A DNA stretch of 64,000 nt from positions 124,001 to 188,000 of the IMG/VR virus record IMGVR_UViG_3300042350_004528; one strand, given 5' to 3'. Position 1 is the stretch's first letter, and each line of letters opens with the position of its first letter. Shown in pieces: positions 21,601 through 31,607 of the stretch. Made by a program: the position numbers and the translations under genes. The notes under the pieces are model-generated. The model searched no databases, was not told where the DNA came from, and worked only from the letters and a program-made list of their open reading frames with translations.

Positions 21601-24600
21601 TGAAGTCCCAGCAGTTCCGTTTCTACCAGAAGTACCTGAAGAACCAGAAGTACCTGATGTTGCAGAAACACCTGATGTTCCCGAGGTTCCTGAAGAACCA
21701 GAAGTACCTGATGTGGCGGATACACCTGAAGTCCCAGCAGTTCCATTTATTCCTGATGTTCCACTTGAACCTGATGTACCTGATGTCGCAGAAACACCAC
21801 TTGTTCCTGATGTTCCACTTGAACCAGAAGTACCCGATGTCGCAGACACACCTGATGTTGCTGATACCCCCGATGTACCTGATGTTCCGCTCGATCCACT
21901 TGTTCCTGATGTTGCAGAAACACCACTTGTTCCAGCTGTACCTGAAGAACCTGAAGAACCTGATGTTCCTGATGTTGCAGATATTCCACTTGTACCAGCA
22001 GTTCCATTTCTACCTGAGGTACCACTTGAACCACTCGTTCCCGATGTTGCGGATACTCCACTTGTTCCTGATGTTCCCGAAGAACCAGAAGTTCCTGATG
22101 TTGCTGAAACACCTGATGTACCAGAAGTTCCATTTATTCCTGAAGTTCCCGATGAACCACTTGTACCAGCAGTACCTGAGGTTCCTGAAGAACCAGAAGT
22201 ACCTGATGTTGCGGATATTCCTGAAGTTCCAGCAGTTCCATTTATTCCAGCTGTTCCTGAAGAACCATTTGTTCCTGATGTCGCAGATACACCTGAAGTC
22301 CCCGCAGTTCCACTTGAACCAGAAGTTCCCGATGTTGCTGATATCCCTGAAGTTCCAGCAGTTCCGTTTCTTCCTGAGGTTCCTGAAGAGCCCGATGTTC
22401 CTGATGTAGCAGAAACACCACTTGTTCCCGCAGTTCCCGAAGAACCCGATGTTCCTGAGGTTGCTGAAACACCCGATGTTCCAGCTGTACCATTTATTCC
22501 AGATGTTCCTGAAGAACCTGATGTTCCTGAAGTTGCTGATACACCCGATGTTCCACTTGTTCCCGAAGAACCTGATGTTCCTGAGGTTGCTGAAACACCC
22601 GATGTTCCAGCTGTACCATTTATTCCTGAGGTTCCTGAAGAACCTGATGTCCCACTTGTAGCGGACACACCACTTGTTCCCGCAGTTCCTGAAGAACCAG
22701 AAGTACCTGATGTTGCTGAAACACCCGATGTTCCAGCTGTACCATTTATTCCTGAAGTTCCAGAGGAACCTGATGTTCCTGAAGTTGCTGATATTCCTGA
22801 AGTACCAGCTGTTCCTGAAGAACCAGAAGTTCCGCTTGTTGCGGATATTCCTGAAGTTCCAGCAGTTCCGTTTCTTCCTGAGGTTCCTGAAGAACCAGAA
22901 GTACCTGATGTTGCCGATACTCCCGATGTTCCTGAGGTTCCTGAAGAACCTGATGTTCCTGATGTAGCAGAAACACCTGATGTACCAGCTGTACCATTTA
23001 TCCCCGAAGTTCCCGCAGTTCCCGAAGAACCTGATGTTCCTGATGTTGCAGAAACACCACTTGTTCCAGCTGTACCTGAAGAACCTGATGTTCCACTTGT
23101 TGCCGATATTCCTGATGTACCAGAAGTTCCATTTCTTCCTGAAGTACCTGAAGAACCACTTGTTCCTGATGTTGCTGAAACACCACTTGTTCCAGCTGTA
23201 CCTGAAGAACCAGATGTACCTGATGTTGCGGAAACACCTGATGTTCCAGCGGTTCCGTTTATTCCTGATGTTCCACTTGAACCAGAAGTACCTGATGTTG
23301 CAGATACCCCACTTGTACCTGAAGTCCCGCTTGAACCAGCAGTTCCGCTTGTTGCTGATATACCTGAAGTTCCAGCAGTTCCATTTCTACCTGATGTTCC
23401 ACTTGAACCCGATGTACCTGATGTTGCAGATACTCCTGAAGTTCCAGCAGTACCACTTGAACCTGATGTACCTGATGTGGCAGACACACCACTTGTACCA
23501 GCAGTTCCATTTCTTCCTGATGTTCCACTTGAACCTGATGTTCCTGATGTTGCAGACACTCCTGATGTACCTGAGGTTCCTGAAGATCCACTTGTACCTG
23601 ATGTTGCTGATATCCCCGAAGTTCCAGCAGTTCCATTTATTCCTGATGTACCTGAGGTTCCACTTGAACCCGATGTTGCAGACACACCTGATGTGCCTGA
23701 GGTTCCCGAAGAACCTGATGTACCTGATGTCGCAGATATACCTGATGTTCCAGCAGTTCCATTTATTCCTGAAGTACCTGAAGATCCGTTTGTACCTGAT
23801 GTTGCGGAAACACCTGAGGTTCCCGAGGTTCCCGAAGAACCCGATGTTCCTGATGTGGCAGACACACCACTTGTACCAGCAGTTCCATTTCTTCCCGATG
23901 TACCTGAAGTTCCGCTTGAACCAGCAGTACCGCTTGTCGCAGATACTCCACTTGTACCAGCAGTTCCGTTTATTCCTGATGTTCCAGCAGTACCACTTGA
24001 ACCTGATGTACCTGATGTTGCAGACACTCCTGATGTTCCAGCAGTACCATTTATTCCTGAAGTACCCGAAGATCCGTTTGTACCAGCAGTCCCTGAAGTC
24101 CCCGAAGATCCACTTGTACCTGATGTCGCTGATGCCCCTGAAGTTCCAGCGGTTCCGTTTATTCCTGATGTTCCACTTGAACCAGATGTTCCACTTGTTG
24201 CCGATATCCCTGATGTACCAGCGGTTCCATTTCTACCTGAAGTACCACTTGAACCTGATGTACCTGATGTTGCAGAAACACCTGATGTACCTGAAGTTCC
24301 ATTTATCCCTGATGTGCCTGAAGTACCGCTTGAACCTGATGTTCCTGATGTTGCAGACACTCCTGAAGTTCCTGATGTTCCCGAAGAACCAGAAGTTCCT
24401 GATGTTGCAGACACTCCTGAAGTTCCTGATGTTCCATTTATTCCTGATGTTCCACTTGAACCTGATGTACCTGATGTGGCAGATACTCCTGAAGTTCCCG
24501 AAGTACCTGAAGAACCAGATGTACCTGATGTTGCGGAAACACCTGATGTTCCAGCGGTTCCGTTTATTCCTGATGTTCCACTTGAACCAGATGTTCCTGA

Positions 24601-27600
24601 TGTGGCGGATACACCCGAAGTTCCCGAAGTACCTGAAGAACCAGAAGTTCCTGATGTCGCAGATACCCCACTTGTACCAGCGGTTCCATTTATTCCTGAT
24701 GTTCCACTTGAACCTGATGTTCCTGATGTGGCAGATACTCCACTTGTACCAGAGGTACCACTTGAACCCGATGTACCTGATGTTGCAGATACTCCACTTG
24801 TACCAGCAGTTCCGTTTATTCCTGAAGTACCTGAAGATCCACTTGTACCTGATGTTGCTGATATACCTGAAGTTCCAGCAGTTCCATTTCTACCAGCTGT
24901 ACCTGAAGATCCTGATGTTCCACTTGTCGCAGATACCCCACTTGTACCAGCGGTTCCATTTATTCCTGATGTTCCAGAAGAACCTGATGTTCCTGATGTG
25001 GCAGATACACCCGAAGTTCCTGAAGTTCCACTTGAACCCGATGTTCCTGATGTGGCAGACACACCACTTGTACCAGCAGTTCCGTTTATTCCTGATGTTC
25101 CAGCAGTACCACTTGAACCTGATGTACCTGATGTTGCAGACACACCACTTGTTCCAGCAGTTCCATTTCTACCAGCGGTTCCACTTGAACCATTTGTTCC
25201 AGATGTTGCAGATACCCCTGAAGTTCCTGATGTTCCGTTTATTCCCGAAGTTCCTGAAGAACCTGATGTTCCTGATGTTGCGGAAACACCTGAAGTTCCC
25301 GATGTTCCATTTCTACCTGATGTTCCCGAAGAACCTGAGGTTCCTGAAGAACCATTTGTTCCCGATGTTCCACTTATTGCTGATATACCATTTAATCCAT
25401 CAATACCCGATGTACCAGTTGAACCACTTGTTCCTGATGTTGCAGATACACCTGATGTTCCAGCACTCCCACTTCTACCTGATGTTCCCGAAGAACCTGA
25501 GGTTCCTGAAGAACCATTTGTTCCCGATGTTCCACTTATTGCTGATATACCATTTAATCCATCAATACCCGATGTACCAGTTGAACCAGAAGTTCCACTT
25601 GTCGCAGACACTCCTGATGTTCCAGCAGTACCATTTCTTCCTGAGGTTCCCGAAGAACCTGAGGTTCCACTTGTTGCAGATACTCCACTTGAACCTGATG
25701 TACCTGATGTCGCAGATACTCCCGATGTACCAGAGGTACCCGATGTTCCTGAAGAACCAGAAGTTCCAGATGTTGCAGAAACACCTGATGTTCCCGATGT
25801 TCCTGAAGAACCTGATGTTCCTGATGTGGCAGACACACCACTTGTACCAGCAGTTCCATTTATTCCTGATGTTCCCGAAGAACCAGATGTACCTGATGTT
25901 GCCGATATACCTGAAGTTCCAGCGGTACCATTTATTCCAGATGTTCCATTGGAACCACTTGTTCCCGATGTCGCAGACACACCTGAAGTCCCAGCGGTTC
26001 CATTTCTCCCCGATGTTCCACTTGAACCTGATGTTCCACTTGTAGCGGATACTCCCGATGTACCAGCAGTACCGTTTATTCCTGAAGTACCTGAAGAACC
26101 ATTTGTTCCAGATGTGGCAGATACTCCACTTGAACCAGCAGTACCGCTTGTCGCAGATACTCCACTTGTTCCCGAGGTTCCTGAAGACCCAGACGTTCCT
26201 GATGTTGCAGATACACCTGATGTTCCAGCACTCCCACTTCTACCTGATGTTCCCGAAGAACCTGATGTTCCTGATGTCGCAGACACACCTGAAGTTCCAG
26301 AGGTTCCGTTTATTCCCGATGTACCTGAAGAACCAGATGTCCCTGATGTTCCACTTATCGCTGATGTACCAGCAGTACCGTTTATTCCTGAAGTACCTGA
26401 AGAACCATTTGTTCCAGATGTGGCAGACACACCTGAAGTTCCTGATGTTCCATTTATTCCTGATGTACCTGATGAACCACTTGTACCAGCAGTTCCACTT
26501 ATCGCTGATGTACCAGCAGTACCATTTATTCCCGAAGTTCCTGATGACCCAGAAGTTCCTGATGTTGCCGATATTCCCGAAGTTCCTGATGTTCCATTTA
26601 TTCCTGATGTACCTGATGAACCACTTGTTCCTGATGTCGCAGACACACCACTTGTACCAGCAGTTCCATTTGAACCTGATGTTCCTGATGTTGCTGATAT
26701 CCCAGAAGTACCTGATATCCCAGAAGTACCTGATGAACCACTTGTACCAGCAGTTCCATTTCTTCCTGAGGTTCCGCTTGAGCCAGAAGTTCCTGAAGTT
26801 CCACTCTCACCTGAAGTTCCCGAAGAACCTGAAGTTCCTGAAGAACCACTTGTACCGCTTGAACCAGAAGTTCCCGAAGAACCTGAAGTATTCGATTCAC
26901 CTGATGTACCAGCACCACCTGATGTTCCAGCAGTACCACCTGTTCCCGAGGTTCCAGCCTGGGATGTACTTGTTCCAGATGTACCAGCACCACCTGATGT
27001 TCCAGAAGTACCACCTGTTCCCGAGGTTCCAGCCTGGGATGTACTTGTTCCAGATGTACCAGCACCACCTGATGTTCCAGCAGTACCACCTGTTCCCGAG
27101 GTTCCACTTATTGCTGATATACCATTTAATCCATCAATACCCGATGTACCAGTTGAACCAGAAGTTCCTGATGTTGCTGATATCCCCGAAGTTCCAGCAG
27201 TTCCATTTCTACCTGATGTTCCACTTGAACCAGAAGTTCCTGATGTTGCTGATATCCCTGATGTACCAGAGGTACCCGATGTTCCTGAAGAACCATTTGT
27301 TCCGCTTGTCGCCGATACCCCTGATGTTCCCGAAGAACCCGAAGTTCCAGCAGTTCCTGAAGAACCATTTGTTCCCGATGTCGCAGATATCCCACTTGTT
27401 CCCGATGTTCCATTTATTCCTGATGTACCTGAAGATCCACTTGAACCTGATGTACCTGATGTGGCAGATACACCTGATGTTCCAGCGGTTCCATTTATTC
27501 CTGAAGTCCCCGAAGATCCACTTGTTCCAGCAGTACCTGATGTACCCGAAGAACCCGATGTTCCCGAAGATCCGCTAGATCCTGAAGTCCCCGAACTTCC

Positions 27601-30600
27601 GCTTGAGCCAGAAGTACCTGATGTTCCTGAACTCCCCGAACTTCCGCTTGAGCCAGAAGTACCTGATGTTCCTGATGTTGCGGAAACACCTGATGTACCA
27701 GCGGTTCCATTTCTTCCTGAAGTTCCGCTTGAACCAGAAGTTCCAGATGTTGCAGAAACACCTGAAGTTCCATTTAATCCTGATGTTCCCGAAGAACCTG
27801 ATGTTCCCGAAGAACCTGATGTTCCCGAAGAACCTGATGTACCAGTAGTTCCTGATGTACCTGAAGAACCTGAGGTTCCAGAAGAACCTGATGTTCCCGA
27901 AGAACCTGACGTACCTGATGTCGCAGATATTCCAGAAGTACCTGAAGTTCCAGATGATCCACTTTCACCCGATGTTCCCGAGGTTCCAGACGTTGCGGAA
28001 CCACCACTCTCACCCGCTAGTCCATTAACACCCGAAGTACCTGAAGAACCTGATGTTCCTGATGTTGCGGAAATGCCTGAAGTACCACTTGTACCGTTTG
28101 AGCCTGATGTTCCAGAAGTACCTGAAGACCCAGACGTTCCCGAAGAACCACTTGTCCCATTTGTACCCGATTCACCTGAAGTACCTGAAGACCCAGACGT
28201 TCCTGAAGTTCCATTTGTTCCTGATTTACCTGAAGACCCAGACGTTCCTGAAGTTCCACTTTCGCCAGAAGTTCCTGAAGTTCCATTTGTTCCTGATTCA
28301 CCTGATGTTCCCGAAGAACCACTTGTACCACTTGTTCCAGAAGAACCATTTGTACCATTTGTTCCAGATGTTCCACTTTCACCAGAAGTTCCCGAAGTTC
28401 CACTTTCACCCGAAGTTCCTGAAGAACCTGATGTACCTGATGTTGCAGATATCCCTGATGTTCCCGAAGAACCATTTGTACCACTTTCACCTGAACTTCC
28501 ACTTTCACCCGAACTTCCACTTGTGCCAGAAGTTCCCGAACTTCCACTTGAACCTGATGTACCTGAACTTCCACTTTCACCCGAAGTACCGTTTGTACCA
28601 CCCTCACCCGAAGTTCCATTTGTTCCTGAAGTTCCCGAAGTTCCACTTATTGCTGATATACCATTTAATCCATCAATACCCGATGTACCAGTTGAACCAG
28701 AAGTTCCTGATGTTGCTGATATACCTGAAGTTCCAGCAGTTCCATTTATTCCCGATGTTCCACTTGAACCAGAAGTTCCCGAAGAACCATTTGTACCAGA
28801 AGTTCCCGAAGAACCATTTGTACCACTTTCACCTGAAGTACCGTTTGTACCCGACTCACCAGATGTCCCTGATGTTCCCGATGTACCTGAAGAACCAGAT
28901 GTTCCTGATGTTCCTGAAGAACCATTTGTACCGCTCTCACCTGAACTTCCGCTTGAACCAGAAGAACCTGATGTTCCACTTGAGCCAGAAGAACCTGATG
29001 TTCCACTTGAGCCAAATGTTCCTGAGGTTCCAGAAGAACCATTTGTACCACTCTCACCTGAACTTCCACTCTCACCCGAAGTTCCTGAGGTTCCAGAAGA
29101 ACCTGATGTTCCACTTGAACCAGAAGTACCCGATGTTCCCGAAGAACCATTTGTACCACTTTCACCTGAAGTACCACTTTCACCCGAACTTCCACTTGAA
29201 CCAGAAGTACCTGATGTTCCTGAAGAACCAGAAGTACCTGATGTTCCTGAAGTACCGTTTGTACCACTTTCACCTGAAGTACCACTTTCACCCGATGTTC
29301 CTGAGGTTCCTGATGTACCTGAGGAACCACTTGTTCCAGAAGTTCCCGATGTTCCCGAAGAACCATTTGTACCACTTTCACCTGAAGTACCACTTTCACC
29401 TGAAGAACCCGAAGTTCCTGATGTACCTGAGGAACCACTTGTACCTGAAGTTCCAGATGATCCACTTTCACCCGATGTGCCTGAAGTTCCAGAAGTTGCG
29501 GAACCACCACTCTCACCCGCTAGTCCATTAACACCCGAAGTTCCTGAAGAACCAGAAGTTCCCGAAGAACCCGATGTCCCTGAAGTTGCTGAAAAACCTG
29601 AAGTACCGTTTGTACCCGACTCACCCGAAGTTCCCGAAGTTCCCGAAGAACCTGATGTTCCCGATGTTCCCGAAGAACCCGATGTCCCTGAAGTTGCTGA
29701 AAAACCTGAAGTACCATTTGTGCCCGACTCACCCGAAGTTCCTGAAGTTCCTGAAGAACCCGATGTCCCAGAAGTTCCTGAAGAACCCGATGTTCCTGAA
29801 GTTCCACTTTCACCTGAAGTACCGTTTGTACCCGACTCACCCGATGTTCCCGATGTTCCCGATGTACCTGAGGAACCACTTGTTCCCGAAGAACCCGAAG
29901 AACCTGATGTTCCTGAAGTTCCATTTGAACCTGATGTTCCTGAAGTTCCACTTTCACCCGAAGTTCCACTTGAGCCAGAAGTACCTGAGGAACCACTTGT
30001 TCCCGAAGAACCTGAAGAACCTGATGTACCTGATGTTCCTGAAGAACCATTTGTACCACTCTCACCTGAAGTACCACTCTCACCCGAAGAACCTGATGTT
30101 CCTGATGTTCCAGATGATCCACTTGTACCTGATGTTCCTGATGTTCCCGAAGAACCATTTGTCCCTGACTCACCTGAAGTACCGTTTGTTCCCGACTCAC
30201 CAGATGTCCCCGATGTCCCCGATGTACCTGATGAACCAGAAGTTCCCGAAGAACCAGATGTCCCTGATGTTCCGTTTGTTCCAGATTCACCATTTGTACC
30301 ATTTTCACCAGACGTTCCTGAAGTTCCTGAAGTTCCGCTTGTTCCTGATGTTCCTGAAGAACCAGAAGTACCTGATGTTCCGTTTGTTCCAGATTCACCA
30401 TTTGTACCATTTTCACCAGACGTTCCTGAAGTTCCTGAAGTTCCGCTTGTTCCTGATGTTCCTGAAGAACCAGACGTTCCTGAAGTTCCTGAAGTTCCGC
30501 TTGTTCCAGATTCACCATTTGTACCATTTTCACCCGAAGTTCCTGAAGAACCAGAAGTTCCCGAAGAACCAGAAGTTCCCGAAGTTCCACTTGTACCCGA

Positions 30601-31557
30601 TGTACCAGACGTACCGTTTGTCCCACTTTCACCCGATGTTCCTGATGTTCCTGTTGTCCCCGATGTTCCTGATGTGCCAGATGTGCTTGGCAACACCATA
30701 TATTTGTCAATTCTTTTTGCTACGATTATAACAGAGGGCGCCGCTGGATAATTAACCCCAGCCCCTAAAGCTGTTATTTGTACATGTTGATTTGTGGATA
30801 AAAATACAAACTCAACACAATCATTAGCTTGTAAATTAAATTGATATGCAACAAATGGTAATTGATATGCGCCATTTCCGCTTAATGTTATAGTTGATGT
30901 TGTCCTGGGCTCGTCATTGCCATTAATTCTTGCCCAAATTATAATATCAGTACCGTTTGCATTTGATGCGGCTTCAATTTGAGCTGAATATCCTATTTCA
31001 TAAACACCAGCATTATCTACGGTAATTTGTGAATTATTTTGTACACTAATGCCATTTGCAATTTCGGTTGTATTATATTCCCAAACGGTTGGTATACTTG
31101 AACCACTGACTACTTGTGTGGTTGAATCACTAAACGACCCATAATAATTATCTCCAGTCCACGAAGTACCAGATGAACCTGCTGTTCCCGAAGTACCAGT
31201 AGTTCCTGATGTACCTGAAGAACCAGAAGTTCCCGACTCACCAGATGTCCCCGATGTACCTGAGTAACCAGATGTTCCTGAGGTACTAGCGGCGGAATAT
31301 GTGAATTGACCCGTTAGCGGATCAAATGTTACGACATATTGCGGATTTAATTCTTGAGTTAATTCCTGATTAACCCAATTACTACCATTATAAACTAAAA
31401 TACTACCAGCTGTTGCGCCAGTTGTTATTATTACATCAGTTAGGTCATCCAGACCTAAGTTCTCAATTGCATTTTTTAGATTATCAAAATTCGCGTCAAG
31501 TTCGCCGAATGTTAAAGGTCTACCTAGTGCGCATCTTAAATATATTGTAACCGCCAT
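15607..31557 (-). CDS. Giant (5316 aa) Gly-X-Y Ser/Thr-rich collagen-like fibre protein with C1q/BclA-like globular domains
   Basis: N-terminus [21 protein letters not shown] resembles phage fibre attachment segments. Beta-sandwich at about aa 135-285 (YYGSF...[11 protein letters not shown]). About 4700 aa of period-3 [19 protein letters not shown]-terminal beta domain (TTVQFDT..YD...RFVIQ). TATTTAT upstream. Confidence 0.85.
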   Translation of the reverse strand: MAVTIYLRCALGRPLTFGELDANFDNLKNAIENLGLDDLTDVIITTGATAGSILVYNGSNWVNQELTQELNPQYVVTFDPLTGQFTYSAASTSGTSGYSGTSGTSGESGTSGSSGTSGTTGTSGTAGSSGTSWTGDNYYGSFSDSTTQVVSGSSIPTVWEYNTTEIANGISVQNNSQITVDNAGVYEIGYSAQIEAASNANGTDIIIWARINGNDEPRTTSTITLSGNGAYQLPFVAYQFNLQANDCVEFVFLSTNQHVQITALGAGVNYPAAPSVIIVAKRIDKYMVLPSTSGTSGTSGTTGTSGTSGESGTNGTSGTSGTSGTSGTSGSSGTSGSSGTSGENGTNGESGTSGTSGTSGTSGSSGTSGTSGTSGTSGTSGENGTNGESGTNGTSGTSGSSGTSGTSGTSGTSGTSGENGTNGESGTNGTSGTSGSSGTSGSSGTSGTSGTSGESGTNGTSGESGTNGSSGTSGTSGTSGSSGTSGTSGSSGESGTSGESGTNGSSGTSGTSGSSGSSGTSGSSGTSGSSGTSGESGTSGTSGSNGTSGTSGSSGSSGTSGSSGTSGTSGTSGESGTNGTSGESGTSGTSGSSGTSGTSGSSGTSGTSGESGTNGTSGFSATSGTSGSSGTSGTSGSSGTSGTSGESGTNGTSGFSATSGTSGSSGTSGSSGTSGVNGLAGESGGSATSGTSGTSGESGSSGTSGTSGSSGTSGTSGSSGESGTSGESGTNGSSGTSGTSGTSGSSGTSGTSGTSGESGTSGESGTNGTSGTSGTSGSSGTSGTSGSSGSSGESGTSGESGTNGSSGTSGTSGSSGTSGSSGTSGTSGESGSSGESGTNGSSGTSGTFGSSGTSGSSGSSGTSGSSGSSGSSGESGTNGSSGTSGTSGSSGTSGTSGTSGESGTNGTSGESGTNGSSGTSGTNGSSGTSGSSGTSGINGTAGTSGISATSGTSGSTGTSGIDGLNGISAISGTSGTSGTNGTSGEGGTNGTSGESGSSGTSGSSGSSGTSGTSGSSGESGSSGESGTNGSSGTSGISATSGTSGSSGTSGESGTSGTSGESGTSGTNGTNGSSGTSGTSGSSGTSGESGTNGTSGTSGESGTSGTSGSSGKSGTNGTSGTSGSSGTSGESGTNGTSGSSGTSGSSGTSGTSGSNGTSGTSGISATSGTSGSSGTSGVNGLAGESGGSATSGTSGTSGESGSSGTSGTSGISATSGTSGSSGTSGSSGTSGSSGTSGTTGTSGSSGTSGSSGTSGSSGTSGLNGTSGVSATSGTSGSSGTSGRNGTAGTSGVSATSGTSGTSGSSGSSGSSGTSGTSGSSGSSGTSGSSGSSGTSGSSGTSGTAGTSGSSGTSGINGTAGTSGVSATSGTSGSSGSSGTSGINGTSGTSGISATSGTNGSSGTAGTSGSSGTSGVSATSGTNGSSGTSGTSGTSGISATSGTSGSSGTSGRNGTAGTSGISATSGTSGSTGTSGIDGLNGISAISGTSGTGGTAGTSGGAGTSGTSTSQAGTSGTGGTSGTSGGAGTSGTSTSQAGTSGTGGTAGTSGGAGTSGESNTSGSSGTSGSSGTSGSSGTSGSSGTSGESGTSGTSGSSGTSGRNGTAGTSGSSGTSGISGTSGISATSGTSGSNGTAGTSGVSATSGTSGSSGTSGINGTSGTSGISATSGTSGSSGTSGINGTAGTSAISGTAGTSGSSGTSGINGTSGTSGVSATSGTNGSSGTSGINGTAGTSAISGTSGTSGSSGTSGINGTSGTSGVSATSGTSGSSGTSGRSGSAGTSGVSATSGTSGSSGTSGTSGVSATSGTAGSSGVSATSGTNGSSGTSGINGTAGTSGVSATSGTSGSSGTSGRNGTAGTSGVSATSGTSGSNGTSGINGTAGTSGISATSGTSGSSGTSGINGTAGTSGVSATSGTSGSSGTSGTSGVSATSGTSGSSGTSGTSGTSGVSATSGTSGSSGVSATSGTSGSSGTSGRNGTAGTSGVSATSGTSGSTGTSGIDGLNGISAISGTSGTNGSSGTSGSSGTSGRSGSAGTSGVSATSGTSGSTGTSGIDGLNGISAISGTSGTNGSSGTSGSSGTSGRNGTSGTSGVSATSGTSGSSGTSGINGTSGTSGVSATSGTNGSSGTAGRNGTAGTSGVSATSGTSGSSGTAGTSGINGTAGTSGVSATSGTSGSSGTSGTSGVSATSGTSGSSGTSGINGTAGTSGVSATSGTSGSSGTAGRNGTAGTSGISATSGTSGSSGTSGINGTAGTSGVSATSGTSGSSGTSGTSGVSATSGTSGSSGTSGINGTAGTSGVSATSGTSGSSGTSGTSGVSATSGTSGSSGTSGINGTAGTSGVSATSGTSGSSGTSGTSGVSATSGTSGSSGTSGINGTSGTSGVSATSGTSGSSGTSGTSGVSATSGTSGSSGTSGTSGINGTSGTSGVSATSGTSGSSGTSGRNGTAGTSGISATSGTSGSSGTSGINGTAGTSGASATSGTSGSSGTSGTAGTNGSSGTSGINGTAGTSGVSATSGTSGSSGTAGTSGINGTAGTSGVSATSGTAGSSGTSGTSGRNGTAGTSGVSATSGTSGSSGTSGTSGVSATSGTNGSSGTSGINGTAGTSGISATSGTSGSSGTSGTSGVSATSGSSGTSGTSGINGTAGTSGISATSGTSGSSGTSGTSGVSATSGTSGSSGTSGRNGTAGTSGVSATSGTSGSSGTAGTSGVSATSGTSGSSGTSGRNGTAGTSGISATSGTAGSSGTSGTSGVSATSGTSGSSGTSGINGTAGTSGVSATSGTSGSSGTAGTSGVSATSGTSGSSGTSGRNGTSGTSGISATSGTSGSSGTAGTSGVSATSGTSGSSGTAGTSGINGTAGTSGVSATSGTSGSSGTSGTSGVSATSGTSGSSGTSGRNGTAGTSGISATSGTSGSSGTAGTSGISATSGTSGSSGTSGINGTAGTSGVSATSGTSGSSGTAGTSGVSATSGTSGSSGTSGINGTAGTSGVSATSGTSGSSGTSGTSGVSATSGTSGSSGTSGINGTAGTSGVSATSGTSGSSGTAGTSGVSATSGTSGSSGTSGRNGTAGTSGISATSGTSGSSGTAGTSGVSATSGTNGSSGTAGINGTAGTSGISATSGTSGSSGTSGTAGTSGSSGTSGINGTSGTSGVSATSGTSGSSGTSGTSGVSATSGTSGSSGTSGRNGTAGTSGISATSGTSGSSGSSGTAGTSGVSATSGTSGSSGTSGTSGVSATSGVSATSGTSGSSGTSGTSGVSATSGTSGSSGTSGINGTAGTSGVSATSGTSGSSGTSGTSGVSATSGTSGSSGTSGRNGTAGTSGISATSGTSGSSGTAGTSGINGTAGTSGISATSGTSGSSGTSGINGTAGTSGISATSGTSGSSGTSGTAGTNGSSGTSGINGTAGTSGASATSGTSGSSGTSGTSGVSATSGTSGSSGTAGRNGTAGTSGISATSGTSGSSGTAGTSGVSATSGTSGSSGTAGRNGTSGTSGVSATSGTSGSSGTAGTSGTSATSGTSGSSGTSGINGTAGTSGVSATSGTSGSSGTSGTSGVSATSGTSGSSGTSGRNGTAGTSGISATSGTSGSSGTAGTSGISATSGTSGSSGTSGINGTAGTSGVSATSGTAGSSGTSGTSGVSATSGTSGSSGTSGRNGTAGTSGISATSGTSGSSGTAGTSGISATSGTSGSSGTSGINGTAGTSGVSATSGTSGSSGTSGTSGTSGSSGTSGINGTAGTSGISATSGTSGSSGTSGTSGVSATSGTSGSSGTSGRNGTAGTSGISATSGTSGSSGTSGTSGVSATSGTNGSSGTSGINGTAGTSGVSATSGTSGSSGTAGTSGVSATSGTSGSSGTSGRNGTAGTSGVSATSGTSGSSGTAGTSGTSGSSGTSGINGTAGTSGVSATSGTSGSSGTSGTSGISATSGTSGSSGTAGRNGTAGTSGVSATSGTSGSSGTAGTSGVSATSGTSGSSGTSGINGTAGTSGISATSGTSGSSGTSGTSGISATSGTSGSSGTSGRNGTAGTSGVSATSGTSGSSGTAGTSGISATSGTSGSSGTSGINGTSGISATSGTSGSSGTSGTSGVSATSGTSGSSGTSGRNGTAGTSGVSATSGTSGSSGTSGTSGVSATSGTSGSSGTSGINGTAGTSGVSATSGTSGSSGTSGVSATSGTSGSSGTSGRNGTAGTSGVSATSGTSGSSGTSGTAGTSGSSGTSGINGTSGVSATSGTSGSSGTSGTSGVSATSGTSGSSGTSGRNGTAGTSGVSATSGTSGSSGTSGISATSGTSGSSGTSGRNGTAGTSGISATSGTSGSSGTAGTSGTSGSSGTSGINGTAGTSGVSATSGTSGSSGTSGTSGVSATSGTSGSSGTSGRNGTAGTSGISATSGTSGSSGTAGTSGTSGSSGTSGINGTAGTSGISATSGTAGSSGTSGTSGVSATSGTSGSSGTAGRNGTAGTSGVSATSGTSGSSGTSGTSGTSGSSGTSGINGTAGTSGVSATSGTNGSSGTSGTSGVSATSGTSGSSGTSGRNGTAGTSGVSATSGTSGSSGTAGTSGISATSGTSGSSGTSGINGTAGTSGVSATSGTSGSSGTSGTSGVSATSGTSGSSGTSGRNGTSGTSGVSATSGTSGSSGTAGTSGINGTAGTSGISATSGTSGSFGTSGRDGTSGTSGVSTGVTSGTSGAFGTSGRNGTSGTSGVSTGVTSGTSGAFGTSGRNGTSGTSGVSTGVTSGTSGAFGTSGRDGTSGTSGVSATSGTSGSSGTSGTSGINGTAGTSGVSATSGTNGSSGTSGTSGRDGTSGTSGVSTGVTSGTSGAFGTSGRNGTSGTSGVSTGVTSGTSGSFGTSGRNGTSGTSGVSTGATSGTSGSFGTSGRNGTSGTSGVSATSGTSGSSGTSGTTGTSGVSGLNGISALSGTSGTSGSAGTSGNSAIGTSGTSTGSGSSGTSGSSGTSGTSGTSGTSGTSGISGNLGTAGTYVSVISGVGLAGGGQLVSDVTLSFDLSNVTATAISQKAPYLVWNDLTALTDWVYVGAVSGFKTILSGGNAGKTEVTAPIDNAATHVLAVDNVTNNFLTLRAVSTIGGGGGGGTSGTSGTSGTSGARGTSGSSGTSGTSGARGTSGSSGTSGTSGTSGTSGARGTSGSSGTSGVSGGTGAAGSSGTSGVSAGGGNYFQITLAQSDLNLTANTDTTVQFDTTQYDVTGYVSANGYRFVIQPGETWEIQAQIGFANWTAYTSVAFYNVTTATYLKVAIYDITSTDCPETVNIDTVVYNDGGTDQEIEVRVRGTGNGLIVGTFASCDADIVGGGGTVMTYFYGHRIS
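16660..30690 (-). repeat. About 14-kb period-9-nt coding repeat (Gly-X-Y triplets) with synonymous variation
   Basis: Plus strand is built of units such as GTTCCTGAT, GTTCCTGAA, GAACCAGAA, GTACCTGAT. Confidence 0.95.
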
Positions 31558-31558
31558 T

Positions 31559-31604
31559 TATTATCGAAATTTAAACTACTTATAAATAGTCCAAATTCCG
31601 ATAA
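31559..31604 (-). promoter_or_regulatory. Hairpin covering the fibre gene translation start, with TATTTAT motif in its loop
   Basis: Minus strand TTATCGGAATTT-ggactatttataagtagttt-AAATTTCGATAA-taa-ATG. Confidence 0.65.
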
Positions 31605-31607
31605 TGT

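Noticed and set aside
17600-30600. Abundant N-G-T/S sequons as evidence of N-glycosylation
   Set aside because: They follow automatically from Gly-X-Y with Thr/Ser after Gly, and no HMW1C/GT41-like enzyme is visible in the window.
16660-30690. Possible CRISPR array or non-coding satellite
   Set aside because: No constant repeat with unique spacers. Variation is mainly at synonymous positions of one reading frame.
16412-30751. 4779-aa plus-strand ORF (VPEVPD...) and the many other ORFs overlapping the fibre gene
   Set aside because: Antisense and off-frame shadows of Gly/Thr/Ser codon repeats that lack stops. They have no unique domains, whereas the minus-strand ORF has globular ends, a promoter motif and a terminator.
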